Positions 1-12,309 of a stretch of DNA of 64,000 nucleotides are shown one piece after another; position 1 is the first letter of the stretch; each line of letters starts with the position of its first letter. The notes beneath the pieces are model-generated. The model did not search any database and was not told where the DNA came from. It was given only the letters and a program-made list of their open reading frames with translations. The position numbers and the translations under genes are program-made. Source of the DNA: Dicyema japonicum (taxonomy: Eukaryota; Animalia; Dicyemida); the NCBI GenBank assembly GCA_011109175.1, contig RDEW01000010.1:665837-729836 (forward strand). The letters are read 5' to 3'.

Positions 1-150
1 CCTTGTTTCTCCACTGCGAAAGGAGTCAAAAACAACACGGCACACGTTATGTAACAACAGTTTTTTGTGGTAAAAAAAGTACCTTTCTTTTTTCTGGGTC
101 CGTCTTTGATTTCTGCAGCATACAATTTAATGAACTCTAGAATCGTCCAT
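1..150 (-). CDS. Possible 5' end of a spliced host gene running off the left edge (MDDSR-KSKTDPEKRK-WRNK...)
   Basis: ATG at 150(-), then a 23-nt GT..AG intron and a longer GT..polypyrimidine-CAG intron that keep the frame open; no recognisable homology. Confidence 0.3.
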
Positions 151-364
151 TTTTTATAGCTGCTTTCCTATTATCCGTCGGTTTCCTTCACTTGAAAAAA
201 CTGGACGTATATAAAGCGATTTACCGACATCTTCAACTTCGGAAGTGTTCTCTCGTGATCCCTAATCTTCTATTAATATCAGAAAGACATTAATATTTTT
301 TATTATATATTTCAAACCACGTGCTTTATATACAGATTTACAAAACTGCTAAACTCAAGAGTTG

Positions 365-790
365 AGAAATAGGTCTGCTTTTTTCCATCTTCATCTCACG
401 TCCTACCATCCCGGATATCACTTCATTTTTTGGCGGGAGAGTTTTCATAATGTAATCTTCACTAGAAGCAAGCAAAGCACAAACAGTCATGAAAATGTTA
501 GAGGGCGGACCTAATTCTCACCGTACAATCTTTGGTAAGCAAAGCAAAAACAGTCACAAATAATTAATCCAAAGAAAGAACACAAAGGAGAACTCTGCTT
601 GTGGCAACCAAATTCATCTTCCAATACTTCATTACAGGTTTTCCCCTTCCGAAGAGAGGTGGGGAAGGAGGTCCATCCTCTTCCATTTCGTCGCATGTCC
701 TAACGTTGCAGACATCACTTCGAGAGTTTTCATAATGGAAAATCTTCCCTAGTGAATTTGGCCTGGGAAAAGGTTGAAAGATCCCTTTCA
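365..790 (-). repeat. Two adjacent partial copies of dispersed repeat family A (probable retroelement 3' end)
   Basis: Reverse complement matches 935-1215 and 27008-27180 (CATTATGAAAA..GAAGTGATGTC..CCTGTAATGAA.TATTGGAAGATG..TTAATTA). Confidence 0.75.
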
Positions 791-934
791 ACAACTATGT
801 GGTATCAAAAGGACTCATTGCCCATCTGTTTGAAGAGAATTAACCTTCGCTGAAAACCTCATCTTTCGAACCAATATGTGTCAGATCCGATCTCATCAGA
901 CGAAGACCTTTATTTGTTTTTTAATATTACTATT

Positions 935-1215
935 ACCTCTCCCTGACCAAATCCTCTGATGAAGCTTACATTATGAAAAAACTATTCCGCTGAAGAATGA
1001 AGTGATGTCCGCGACGGTAGGATGTGCGACGAAATAGAAAATGAACCTCCTTCCCCACCTCTCTTCGGAAGCGGAAAGCCTGTAATGAAATATTGGAAGA
1101 TGGATTTGGTCGGCACTAGCAGAGTTTTCTCTTAGGATCCTTCCTTGAATTAATTAGTTATGACTGTTTGTGCTGGGCTTACAATGGTAAGCCTAAGGTT
1201 AATAATAATAATAAT
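935..1215 (+). repeat. Family A copy with 3' hairpin (GGCTTAC-aatg-GTAAGCC), GGTT and (AAT)n tail
   Basis: Similarity to 365-790(-) and 27008-27180; ends in an (AAT)n tail typical of non-LTR retroposons. Confidence 0.75.
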
Positions 1216-4200
1216 ATTATTATTATTAATAGCACTTTCGAAGAACCAAAAAGTAATTTATTTAATTAAGGTTCCGCTTGTGCCGTATTTTTCTTCAGGT
1301 TATTTTTCTCCGCAATTCTCTTAACTAACTTCCTCCATGCTCCATGGTTACTGGCAATTATTCTGAGCGTATCCAAATCATCTCCTGTTTTCAGCTTTCG
1401 TCTACATTGGTCAGGTCCTTGTGTAGAACCTCTGGCAAAATTATGCGAGGTCTTCAACGGAACGAGGTATTCACTTCTAGGCAGAAAAAGTTCTCCATTG
1501 CTATTTTAGCAGGCGTCATCTGGCTCATCCGAAGGATGTAACCAAATAGACGCCATCTTGATTCAGGGTATCAAGACTCAATGGTCTTGTATTACATACT
1601 TTGTATAGATTCTTGTTTGTAATTTTTTTGGCTAGTTGATGTCAAGCAACAGTCGGAGTTGTTTACGATGGAAGGCATCTAGTTTGTCCATTACCGCTTG
1701 TGAGACTCCCCAGGTTGCAGCGTTGTACATTAGGACCGGTTTCACGAAGGCATTGTATAGTCTTACACGTAATTGTGTGCTAATTTGTTTACGATGATTC
1801 CAGACTACTCCCATTTTTCTAAAGGCCGCGACGGCCAACATCTTCCTGTTAGTGATATCCTCAGCGTCTCCGAGCAACGACCCCAATTTTTTACAGTATC
1901 TCCATTTTTCATCAGTTCGGGTTATTCACGGCGTATGGTAGTTGTCTCCGTCTTTTCCGTATTGATTTTGATGAACCATTTTTCTAGGACATCTGGCATC
2001 CTTGTCCGTATATAGTTTAATGTTTTCTCGTCGCTGGATATATAGTCGATATCATCTGCATAAATCACTTCAGTTTGAGGTAGATCGCCAATTAATAGTC
2101 TGAAGTCTCTGAGTGCCGCCTCCAGATATGTCACAAAAAGTACCGGTGACAAGGAATCTCAATGCGGTGCCCCGAACATTGTCTCGAATGGGACAGACTC
2201 CAAATTTCCAAAACTTACACTTAGCTGCGTTGTTCTAAGTAATAGACGGATGATTCTGACACTGTCCTCGTCAACCAAATTTTCCAAGATGTCGAAAAGT
2301 CTCCCTCCGTGTATAGAGTAAAAGTCTTTGGACATGTCCATGTCAAGGATGCCAGTAGCCCCTTGTACTTTTGATGTGTTGCAAAAAGCCATCGATGTCC
2401 CCAGACCACATCAGCTGTAGATCTTCCTGACCTGAATCCGCTTTGACCGTGAGAGAGAAAGTTCTTAATGTCAGTGCAATCCTACTCAGCACTTTAAGTG
2501 ATAGTGTCTTGCGTAGAGTCGTCAGTAGTACGATGGGTCTTAAATTCGTTAATGGGGCCTTTAGCTTTGCCCGGTTTTTGTAGTGCAATTAGTGTGCCAT
2601 TACCTACATCCAGGGTGAGTTGTATTTGAATGTTTTGTTGTATATCTCAGTTAATAGCTCAGAGATCTCGGTCGGTGCATTTCTGAGAAGTTCTGCATTT
2701 ATATTGTCAGGGCCAGCAGCTCTATTGTTGTTTAACTCGTCCAGGGCAATTTTTGTTTCCAAACTTGTTATCGGAATATTTAGTTCTCGTCTTTCACCAT
2801 CGAATTGTTTGATGTTTCCTCGTGGTTTTGATTGAAGGCCTGCTGATAATGGCTGGATATGGCCGATAAAATTTCATTTTTGTTTAACATAGTCTTTTCA
2901 AACGGATTATGTATTGTGATTTTTGATGACTGCGTGTCTCTATGTAGTAGGTGAACAGCAATGAACATCTGCGCTCCGTTTTTGAGCTTTTCTACTTCTT
3001 TAGCCATTCCAACAAGTTTATTTTCCTTTATTTCCCTCGTTCTTTTTTTTATTTTATACAGGGTTTGGTTCCGCATGACTCTTAGAGTGTGTTCCTTTGC
3101 CTGGTCCTGACAGGTTTCGACCTGTAGACGTAGGTTCCTCTGCGATTTGGATAGTTCTTCAAGCTCGTGGTCATAGTGTCCGTTGAAATGCTTCGGTTTT
3201 ACTCCAACTGTTGAGTGGGCCGCACACTTTATTGCATCGATAGTGTCTTGCCACAGCTCCCCAGGCATTTTTTCTTTATTATACTGTCTGATCTTTTCTC
3301 TCAGTGTGTTTTGATAGCTTTCCCGAGTCGGTCCCTCCATACAGAGTTGTTCCACTGCGAACCTCTCTTCCGATACCCTCTTGCCAGCGGCTTTAAAAAC
3401 CCCAAAATATCGTTTGAAACGAAAGCGTGCCACAACCAATCTGTGATCACTGTCCACTAGTGTCCCACTGTAGCTCCGGGAATCTGTTAGTAGTGCCTTG
3501 TACGGTTGTTTGCAGATAATGTAATCTATTTGGTTATATATAGGCTTGATGTTTCCAGATTTGTCCTTTCTGTAGCAGCTCCATGTCGTCCTATGTCTTG
3601 GTAAGTGCCTGAAAGCAGTATTGCATAGAAATAGTTTGAATGTATTGCAAAATTCGATAAGCGATTCTCATGAATGGTTCCTGATCCCTTCTATGGCTTT
3701 CCATCAATTCTTCGTGATTACTCACACGTACTGCCTTTTCGTCCCAATCTTCAGCAATGTATATCATGAACGATGTTTACAAAGATGCATATACTTGCGA
3801 CAAGTAAGAATAGAAGTCGTCTAATTCGTCTCCATTGATTAATGCTCTCACTCAAGTTGGTGCATATACATTAATAATTGAAATTATGGAATTGTTCCTT
3901 TCACCGTATTGTAATTGTAAAATACATATTTTATCACTCACCTTCCACGTCTTGTAGATTCAACTGTTCAGTTTTTTTGTATTGCAAATCCCATGCCGTA
4001 GTGTGGGCAATTCGAAGGGTGCAGAATCAGGCGGAAATCATTGTTGATTTCATCTAGTCCGCCTTTTACTTTCGTTTCCTGTAAGCACGCCACGGTTACC
4101 TTGTACGATCCAAGCATAAATTTCTTCTTTTAGTATCCGACTTTAATCCTCTTACATTGAACGAGCTAATAGTGAAAGATCCTAAAGAAAAGCACGAAAA

Positions 4201-4238
4201 GACATGTGTGCAATAGAGCCACGTCACCAGCTCAACCA
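1216..4238 (-). mobile_element. Near full-length decayed RTE-clade non-LTR retrotransposon (APE + RT)
   Basis: APE motifs FNVRGL, NQIDYI, DSDHRLV; RT motifs LRPIVLL, YADDID, GSLLGD, YNAATW, RWRLFG; (TAA)n tail; flanked by cct(a)aggttaataataa direct repeat. Confidence 0.92.
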
Positions 4239-4406
4239 CCTAGGTTAATAATAAGTTTTTTTATTAAAGATCAAAAATCACAATTATATTAAAAGAAAAA
4301 TAAAATTTAAAAAAAATTAAATATTATCATTTAAATTAATAATTAAAATTATTAAAAATTCAAATAAATCACGTTTTCACTGTTTTCCTTTCTTGTGCTA
4401 ATCGAC

Positions 4407-5485
4407 ATGTCCAAAAAACAAACAAAAAAGATTAAAAATGTAAGGATATCTTTGACGTTAATTAGAACGACAAAGTGTTGCAACAACTAAAAACGAAAAA
4501 TCCCAAGAAACTCCCTGATAAAGTCCCCATCCAACTTCCTGCCACTCGTTCTTCAGATCAAATCAACAAGCAAAAAGTTGTTATTTAAACCCAATTTCAG
4601 TCCCGTTGGACAAACAGACAGCGAGTTTTAGTTTTTGCCTCCCGTGGGATCTCTTGCAGAGGCAAACATCTCATGAATGACCTTCGAACACTGATGCCTC
4701 ATTCAAAGACAGGTAATTTACTCAAAATTGACGTTCAGACTCCAAATTTGACAAAAATCACAGCCTTTCAATGATACCGGAACTCTGTGGTCTTAAAAAC
4801 GCCAACAAATGTATATATTTTGAGGCTCGCAAAAAACGGGACCTCTACATGTGGCTCTCCTCCGTCACTGATGGACCGACCGCCTATCTGTTGGTGGAGA
4901 ATTGTAGTCAGTTTGTTGATGTCTAAGACCACACAATGGCTGAGCTAAAATTGACAGGGAACTGTCTTAAAGGGAGTCGACCTTTGCTGATGTTCGACGA
5001 TCGCTTCGAATCTGAGCCACATTTGATGGTCATAAAAGAGTTGCTTAATCAGGTTAGCTTTTTTTCGTCATTTTGAAGATGTTTTCAGTTCCCGCCTATC
5101 ATCCTAAAAGTCAACCTTTTTTCGACCACGTGTTTTCTTTTCTGATCGACGAAAACAGAATATGGTTCAGGAACTACCAGATTGTGGACGAGAAGACATT
5201 AAATTTGGTGGAAATTGGTTGGATTTGTGTCTTTTATTATTACAGGACCAAGATTTGCCCTGAATCCGATTAAAATTTTCGAAAAGAGTTTTGGGGGATC
5301 TGTCTTGTACAGTAATAGTAAATATATGTCTCCAAATGAAGTATTTACTTTGTTTATTGCAGCATCGGAGAATCTTAAAAAAGGAAGCAGAGAATAGGAT
5401 TAAAGACAGATTGGCTAGTAAGCTGAATCCCAAAGATCATGGACCTGCGTATATTGGAGATCCCGCGGATGATGTTTTTAAATAA
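4407..5485 (+). CDS. BRIX1: Ribosome biogenesis protein BRX1 (Brix domain), 8 exons
   Basis: Spliced translation gives WTNRQRVLVFASRGI, LMPHSKTDSKFD, FEARKKRDLYMW, HTMAELKLTGNCLKGSRP, HPKSQPFFDHV, WFRNYQI, EIGPRF; seven GT-AG introns of 26,24,26,24,26,28,22 nt. Confidence 0.96.
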
Positions 5486-5619
5486 TTGATTTTTAATTTG
5501 ATTTTGAAAGTTTAATAGGATAATTATTTTTCTTTTATTTATATCTCGGATTGATGGTTGTACTCGATGAGCTGGTGACGTCATTGAATTTCATGTATAT
5601 CTAAAACACACCATTGATA

Positions 5620-5990
5620 ATTTGTAGTTATCAATCCAACATCGATACACAGTTTTTAGATTGAAGCACTTGGATACAATTATTAATAAGACCCGATTTG
5701 GATTATTTCGGCACATATTACAGATGAATCATAGCGTTTCTGCTTACGATATTATGGAATCATACTTCTTCTGTCAGGGGTTTTTAGAGAAAAGCCACGA
5801 ACAACTTTTCCATCAATAACGAACATCGATCTAAAGCATGCTAAAATAGTATTAGAAGACGCAGATGATCAAAACAACCCCGAAAATTAGCAATCTCGAG
5901 AAGAGCGTACAGAAGTCAACAGACTGGATCATCAGGGGGAGTGACATAAATAGGTAATATAACTATTTTATTGCTAATGTTCACTAATAC
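5620..5990 (+). mobile_element. Decayed RTE 3' fragment
   Basis: Translates to TRFGLFRHILQM..AYDIMESYF..KPRTTFP, matching the RTE C-terminus near 45400-45600. Confidence 0.65.
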
Positions 5991-6129
5991 TGAGTATTCA
6001 AATGAAAAATTAATATTTATGTCAATTCCACATAGTTTTCTTAGTCATAATTTGTTCGCAATGCTAACAAAAATAATTCTAAAATTTATAGTATTTTTCA
6101 ATACATAAAAAAAATAAAGTTAAATTTTT

Positions 6130-7835
6130 ACGGTTAAAAATGTACGCTACTTTCAGTACGGAAAACTTAACTTCCTCGGAAACACGATATCTACTTCAAT
6201 ACTCTATTTTAAAAGAGGGCCCCCTGCAACAGATTCAGTAACCAATGAAAGAAATTATTTGAAAAGCCCCAAAATCAATCTCAAAAAATCAAAAAGACGA
6301 TTGAACCCTGATAAGATCACAAACAACATATAAAAAACAGAAGAATAACTGGAATACCAGGAACTCAATCTCACACATAAAAAAATATCGAAAATACAGC
6401 CAACAGCAATGTAATTTAATAAGCACAGAAACTTAACTATTCCCTCTTCGAAACCACTATTGAACGTATCGACCAAGCGACCATACCCGTTAGACTGTGG
6501 GTATTGGGGATACTTTCACCAATGAATCAAGCTTGCCGCGCGTATCTGCCCTCTTTGGGCTCCAGCCGACTGTTGATCAGGATGATTCTCCATTCCAAAC
6601 AGAATCGTCTGAAATCACAGATATGGAGCATTTGAAAAAGATGAGCAGAAAGACTAGGACCATCTGCAAAAGATAAATATGAGAGGCTTCTGAACAAATC
6701 AAACCAATACAGACCTGTTTAGTCACTGGAAGATGCGAATGGAGTATGGGCACCATTCCCTCTCGTGTCCAAGATGTGCAGGACGATCAATTTTTATGGC
6801 ACGTTTTAGTCATTTAAAAAATATACAGATATTATCCATAAATATTGGGAGTGACCTTGGACCTCTTGTTCTCTTTTCCTAATTTGTAAATAACGTTCTG
6901 GCAAAGTGCCTCCAGAAAATCTACATCAGTGGTTTTCAAACACGGTTGCAAAGCATATGAATTCATATACTGATAAAAAATTTTGAAGGAGGCTATTACA
7001 ATATTTGCCGAAAAATGTTGTTCTCAAAGTATCCAATATATAATGAAGAAATTAATACTCAGCAATGATAGAGTTGCTAGAAGAATTGAATATATATCAA
7101 ATAGTATTCATGATCAACTTGTTGAGTAAATTTTATGAAATAAATATTTTTAGTGATGGAAAATGTTCGTAAAAAATTGGCGCCCCTGAAAATAATTAAT
7201 TTATTGATTTGGCCCATGGGTCAAAATTCTTGAGAACCACTGCTCTACATCATTAAATCAATTCTAAACTGCAGGCCTCAACCGTTAAGAACAAATAGTC
7301 CGCTTGACTAATTTCTTTGTCCAACTATTCTACCTATCACTTGAACACACGGCAATCCAGAACAATGAATGTGGTTTCATCACTATTTGCGGCTCCCAAT
7401 CAGATCGTTTCTATCAATCAGTGTATAAAGCCTCCAAAACACGTAAATAGAGGAAACAACATTTTGGAAACAAATTCCCTGTAATTGTAAATTTTCTTGC
7501 TGAACAGACAGTTACAAAAAATATTAATATGAGAATACTTCACAAAATAATGAAACAATCATGGACGAATACTAAAAAAATCGATCGTGCAAAAGAAGGA
7601 TATCAAAGTCACGAAGCGGTGGAGATATGGGAGACACAGGACCGGACCGACTACTCTGGAGGCCCTCATAAAACTAAACTCCGGCATGTGGGAAGGTAGC
7701 CCTGCAAATACAGTCAGCCGACCAGTGCGAGCTTGTGTGGGCACGAGGGAGGAGCACCGGGAAAGGATGAGGATTTTAGTGGAACGCATCGTGATCACGT
7801 GATAGTTCGTGTGGTTTTCTTGGTTGTTAAATAAA
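6130..7835 (+). mobile_element. Highly decayed I-group LINE remnant ending in a family B tail, interrupted by a hAT MITE
   Basis: ILGVTLD RT remnant near 6845; 7560-7835 matches 45000-45280 (..ERIVIT*) plus AAT tail; left boundary approximate. Confidence 0.6.
6927..7242. mobile_element. hAT-type MITE (316 bp)
   Basis: TIRs CAGTGGTTTTCAA / TTGAGAACCACTG; 8-bp TSD atctacat (6919-6926) / ctctacat (7243-7250). Confidence 0.85.
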
Positions 7836-8389
7836 TGAAATCGGCAAATGTGGAATTGAACTAAATATTAATTTTTCATTTGAATACTCAATGTTAATGG
7901 AATTCCGGTCATTATCAATTATTAATTTTAGCAAAAAATAGAAGTTTCAGCCGAAAAAGTAAAATATTATCTAATTTTGTGTTTTTACTAAAAATAATCA
8001 GCTTTTCATTTTTAGGTACCTTTTTGTTCCTTTAATATTGCTGCATTCAACTCCGATCAAGTGTTTTCAAAATACAAATGTTGATATTAGTAGGTCTACT
8101 GGATTAGCAATGGAAAAATAGTCCGAGGTTCAAGAAATGGAGCAAGTTCGCCATCTTTTCTTTAAAAAATGGAATCCAATTTTTGTCGCTACGGTGTGGC
8201 CAAAAAGTGAATCATTTAGATACACAATGTAACATAATCATCAATTTACGCGCAATAGTTAAGTTGTAAGAAGTAAACGTTAACGTTTTTGTCGTCAATT
8301 TGGATTCAAAAGGCTAAAAAATAAAAACACACACAGTCCAGTTGATCGCATCCGAGTAGATATGAAGCTGCAAAAAATTTTCAAGCCAT

Positions 8390-8505
8390 ATTATGGTTAA
8401 GTGGTGACGTGCTTCTGTTTTTCCTTGGAAAAATTATGTCTTTATCATGCTTGAATTCAAACTATTTGTTCACCATCGCCACATACAACGTTCGAGGACT
8501 CTCTA
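8390..8505 (+). mobile_element. RTE 5'-end fragment
   Basis: TGGTGACGTG box as at the 5' ends of the two long RTE copies, followed by LFTIATYNVRGL (APE motif I). Confidence 0.65.
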
Positions 8506-8989
8506 ATCCATATTAATGTATATTTTTGAATAAAAATATATTCAACGTTGAATGAAACAATAATATATATTCTCTTAAATACAGCATATTCAACATTGAA
8601 TGACATATAAATATATCTTCTTAGAAATAATATTAAATAGTCGGGATCATAGGACAAAAATTAATCGTAGAACATCCTGAAGTGTATTCTAGTGGGCAAA
8701 AACCCATATCACCTCCCACTCGTCTGGAATTGACAAATACTGACAAATAAAATAATTCACAAAATAACTAATGTTAAAAAACAGGTTTTATCAAAATTCC
8801 CATTATTGAAAGAAAACATGTTGATTAGAAATTAGCAAAATAGTAGAACGTCCAATATTTTGATAATAAAACAAATTGACTTCAATAAAGCGAATTTATG
8901 AAATCCCACTAGAAATACTTCAGCATGCTGTTTTAATAGTTTTATATTTAATTCTTTTAAAAATATTATTCATAAAACATTTAATATTT

Positions 8990-9360
8990 TAATTTATTTA
9001 CCCTGGATACACCGAGAAAGAAGTTAATAGTTAATAAATAATTCACGAGGAGACTATGCTTTTTCAGAATCGGACAGTCCCTACTCTCGTCACTTCAGAG
9101 TCGTCAATACGAAGAAATGTCCGCGATTCTCAAGTTATGTCAAGCTCGAAGGAATCTACTATGCTCATCCGTATTATGTTCTGAAATGAATGGTCCTTCA
9201 TTAGACATCTGTTTCCCATCAACTTCTTATGTAGGCACAAGCGGAGATACTTCCGGGACGCTATAAGGTTCCTCTATGAGCACAGGAAAAAAATGGCAAG
9301 TGGTATAAGGGGAACCGGGATCACCAATTATTACGGTTACTATTACCTTCTCTTTCGATG
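8990..9360 (-). repeat. LINE-tail-like remnant
   Basis: Terminal ~40 nt (TTAACTTCTTTCTCGGTGTATCCAGGGT-AAAT) match the 3' end of 27700-28290; upstream boundary approximate. Confidence 0.5.
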
Positions 9361-9419
9361 TTTTTTGAGTGATGTAAATAAATAATTAACAAGCTTCAAT
9401 GAGTCACAAAAATCATCCC

Positions 9420-9910
9420 AAATCCTTTAGGATCAACAATCGTCAATACTTTGGGGACACAACTACTCCGATATCCAGCAAAAAAAAAAATTCTTGGAGT
9501 TAGACACTTCACACTAATTACCTTCTCTCATCATTCTGAAAAAGTCTTGACCAAGGGACTATGGAAATTAATTTTGGTGCAAACAATTAAAAGAAGAGCC
9601 TCTTTCCTGCATATCCAGACTACAACCAGGTCATTGCCCTTGTCACGCATGGATGTTTTCTGTATCCTCCTCAAAACTCGACAAATTAAATTCAATCAGA
9701 CGAACTTCACGTTTGGTTCTTACATTGCTACATCCCACCCCCTCCTTTCTCTGGGGAAACGGCGAGGAATCATGACCCTGTTTCATACGAATAAGGGAGC
9801 CCATTGGCGATGCGATTGCTCACGCAAAGGAACGCCGATCAGAAACTTCGAACGAGTTCCTATATTGGCATTCGTGGAAGCTCTACCGCTTTACAATTGG
9901 AGCTAACCCC
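9420..9910 (+). mobile_element. Decayed I-group LINE 3' fragment
   Basis: KILGV RT remnant; 9680-9900 matches 11975-12210. Confidence 0.65.
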
Positions 9911-10017
9911 CGTCTTAATAGAAAATTTTTGAAAAAATCAAGCTCAGTGTATAATGCTAGTAACTCCCAATACTGATAACTGCACCTTTCATATTATTAT
10001 TAATAAAACAACACATT

Positions 10018-10960
10018 TTACATATCCCCCAAATATCTCTCAGTAATCGTCCCAATAAAGTCATTATCCTCCCCATCATTTCCCATATTGTGTGAAACCA
10101 ATCCATGGTAGTCACGAGCTTCCATCCCCACATACGAACATCCGTTAGCTCTATCCACACGCTCAACACTCTAAACATGGTATCCCTGTCCTACAATTCA
10201 ACCAATCCCCAAACTTTTACACTCAATGGAAGAAATGACACGAGGGAGTAATCCCTCACCACATCCGCCAGAGCCGCAGTCACGTGTCTATACTTTGGCA
10301 TCTGTTCTTTCCCAATCACATCAATTAAATAGTCGAGATCCTGAACCTCTGTATAAAAGTCCAGTCCAAATTGTAGTCTCCCATGTTCCTTCACCAAGTC
10401 AATCTTAGAAAGAACGTTCACGTGGGGGAAAGCCATCTAAAATAACGACAAAACCACATTCAGCATAGATGATAGACACGTGAGCAAGGCAGCGATGTAT
10501 TTTGACCCGTCTATGCAGTAAAAAGAGTCCACCAAATTCACCATGGTCAAACGGAGGTTCACAGACACCTCCAACTCGTGAAGTACCTGGGTAACTGAGT
10601 TATGGTGGGTAAAAAGTTCGATTTGTCCCGGAAAGTCGAAAATGAAGTATTTGAATCCATCAGAAATGGCCTTTTTCAGTTTTTCCGTGAGCCAGTCTAT
10701 ATTTCGAGCCAGTTCTTCAAGACAAAATAGAAGAGCTCCATTAGGACCTAGATCTTTGATGTCCATGACTTCCTCGAGAGTCACTAGTTCTCTGATGTCG
10801 ATTAGTGGCTTATAGTTTGTGTAATCGTTGGCCGGATCCATGTTTATGATGGCGGCTGATCTCTTTAAAGTCTTTAAGTATTCCTCCATGGCCGAACAAT
10901 ATGTTGATTTCCTGAGCCCGGAGCACCAATTACAGCCTGTCCATAAACTGGATCTGACAT
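10018..10960 (-). CDS. GPN2: GPN-loop GTPase 2; two apparent 1-nt deletions in the sequence as given
   Basis: YGQAVIGAPGSG[K]STYC, INMDPAN, LGPNGAL, DFPGQIELFTHH, PHVNVLSKIDL, YTEVQDLDYL, VDRANG; introns of 21 and 24 nt; frame breaks near 10909 and 10159. Confidence 0.92.
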
Positions 10961-11054
10961 AACAACATAAACGTTTATTTGTAAGCCTGGTTAATAAATT
11001 AAAAATAAACGTAATCTTTACAATTTTTTATTATTTATTTATAATTTAAATTTA

Positions 11055-11798
11055 ATAAGCGTAAAGATCCCTCACCGTGAACAGGGAAAAAATATAACGG
11101 ACAGAAATAAGACGAATTAATAACTCAGTCGAAGAGATATGGAGACACACAAAGAAACTTGGCTTCTTTTTAGGAGATAGTGAAGATATCATACGGAGAA
11201 AAACCATGGCAAACGCAGCATTACACAGGCTGAAAAACCTATGGCTAAAACCGAAAGGAAATAACATAAAACAAAGGATAATGTTATACGACACCTTTAT
11301 CAAACCAATTCTCTTATACAAATCTGGGACCTGGGGCACCTCAAAAGAGGAATTGGAGAGGATACACTCGTTTCACAGGAATCATCTAAGAAGCATAACT
11401 GGAATATCCTGGCCATCCAAGATCTCGCGGAAAGGACTGTACAATAAGTTTGACTGTACACCATTAAGTCTCGAGATTATTAGCTCTCGTTGGAGACTTT
11501 TTGGACACGTCCTGAGGTTGGACCCGATATACCACCCTCCCGAATATCGCAATAGAAGATTACTCCTCCTCCAATGTAAAACGCTTTCGTTGAAGACCGA
11601 GAACAACCATCCCGGTTGGTTTTACAAGTCGATCTGAAAGCCGTGACAAAAACATTGGCATTTGGTAACGATCTGGACATAGTGAGGGACCTGGCTAAGA
11701 ACAGAAGAATTTGGAGCAAGCTAACTCTTTCTCTAATATTTTTTGCTGCACATGCGGGTAAATATCATGGCTCTCGTGAAAGTGCTAATAATAATAAT
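11055..11798 (+). mobile_element. 5'-truncated RTE element
   Basis: KLGFFLGD, KPILLYKSGTWG, RWRLFGHVLRL; 3' end ATGGCTCTCGTGAAAGTGC(TAA)n. Confidence 0.88.
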
Positions 11799-11799
11799 C

Positions 11800-12295
11800 C
11801 CTCTAACCATAAACCTAAAAACCATCTCCAGAAGTTAAATGTATTGAAGTCATTTATAAAGAAGTGCCCCTTCCCTCTTGCGGACTGCACATCCAGAATG
11901 TATAGCAAGGTCATCGTTCCAACAATTGAATATGCCTGTTCCGCATAGAAATTTGAAATATTTTCTTCTAAACCTAATAAACTAAATTCAATCAGACGGA
12001 GAACTTGCATCCCACACAATTAGATCCTCCCTTCACTCTCCTTTCAGTGGAGTCCACGAGGAACCATACAAGCTGTTTCCTATGTTTCTGCAAATAACCA
12101 AAAACCCAATGCTCGATGCGATTGCTCTAGCAGAATAACGTCGATCGGTCCTAAAGAAGGAGTTCTTTTGTAGGCATTCGTGGAAGCTTTTGCTTTACAG
12201 TTGGACACAAGACTAAGCAAGGAGAGTCCGGAAGCTGGGATCACTTAGTGTTTTTTACACTTTCTTGGTGATTTTGGGTTCTCAAATAAATAAAC
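11800..12295 (+). mobile_element. I-group LINE 3' fragment ending EAGIT* with terminal stem-loop
   Basis: KLNVLK..MYSKVIVPTIEYACSA thumb region; CTGGGATCAC/GTGATTTTGG stem; (AAAT)n tail. Confidence 0.7.
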
Positions 12296-12309
12296 CTATA
12301 AACCAAAAA

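Noticed and set aside
955-980. CTGATGA...GAAA hammerhead-like spacing
   Set aside because: The intervening sequence cannot form stem II, and the motif is not kept in the other family A copies.
8530-8625. Two ~47-bp tandem units containing TTCAAC(G/A)TTGAA
   Set aside because: Only two degenerate AT-rich units with no unique spacers; not a CRISPR array, and nothing prokaryotic is present in the window.
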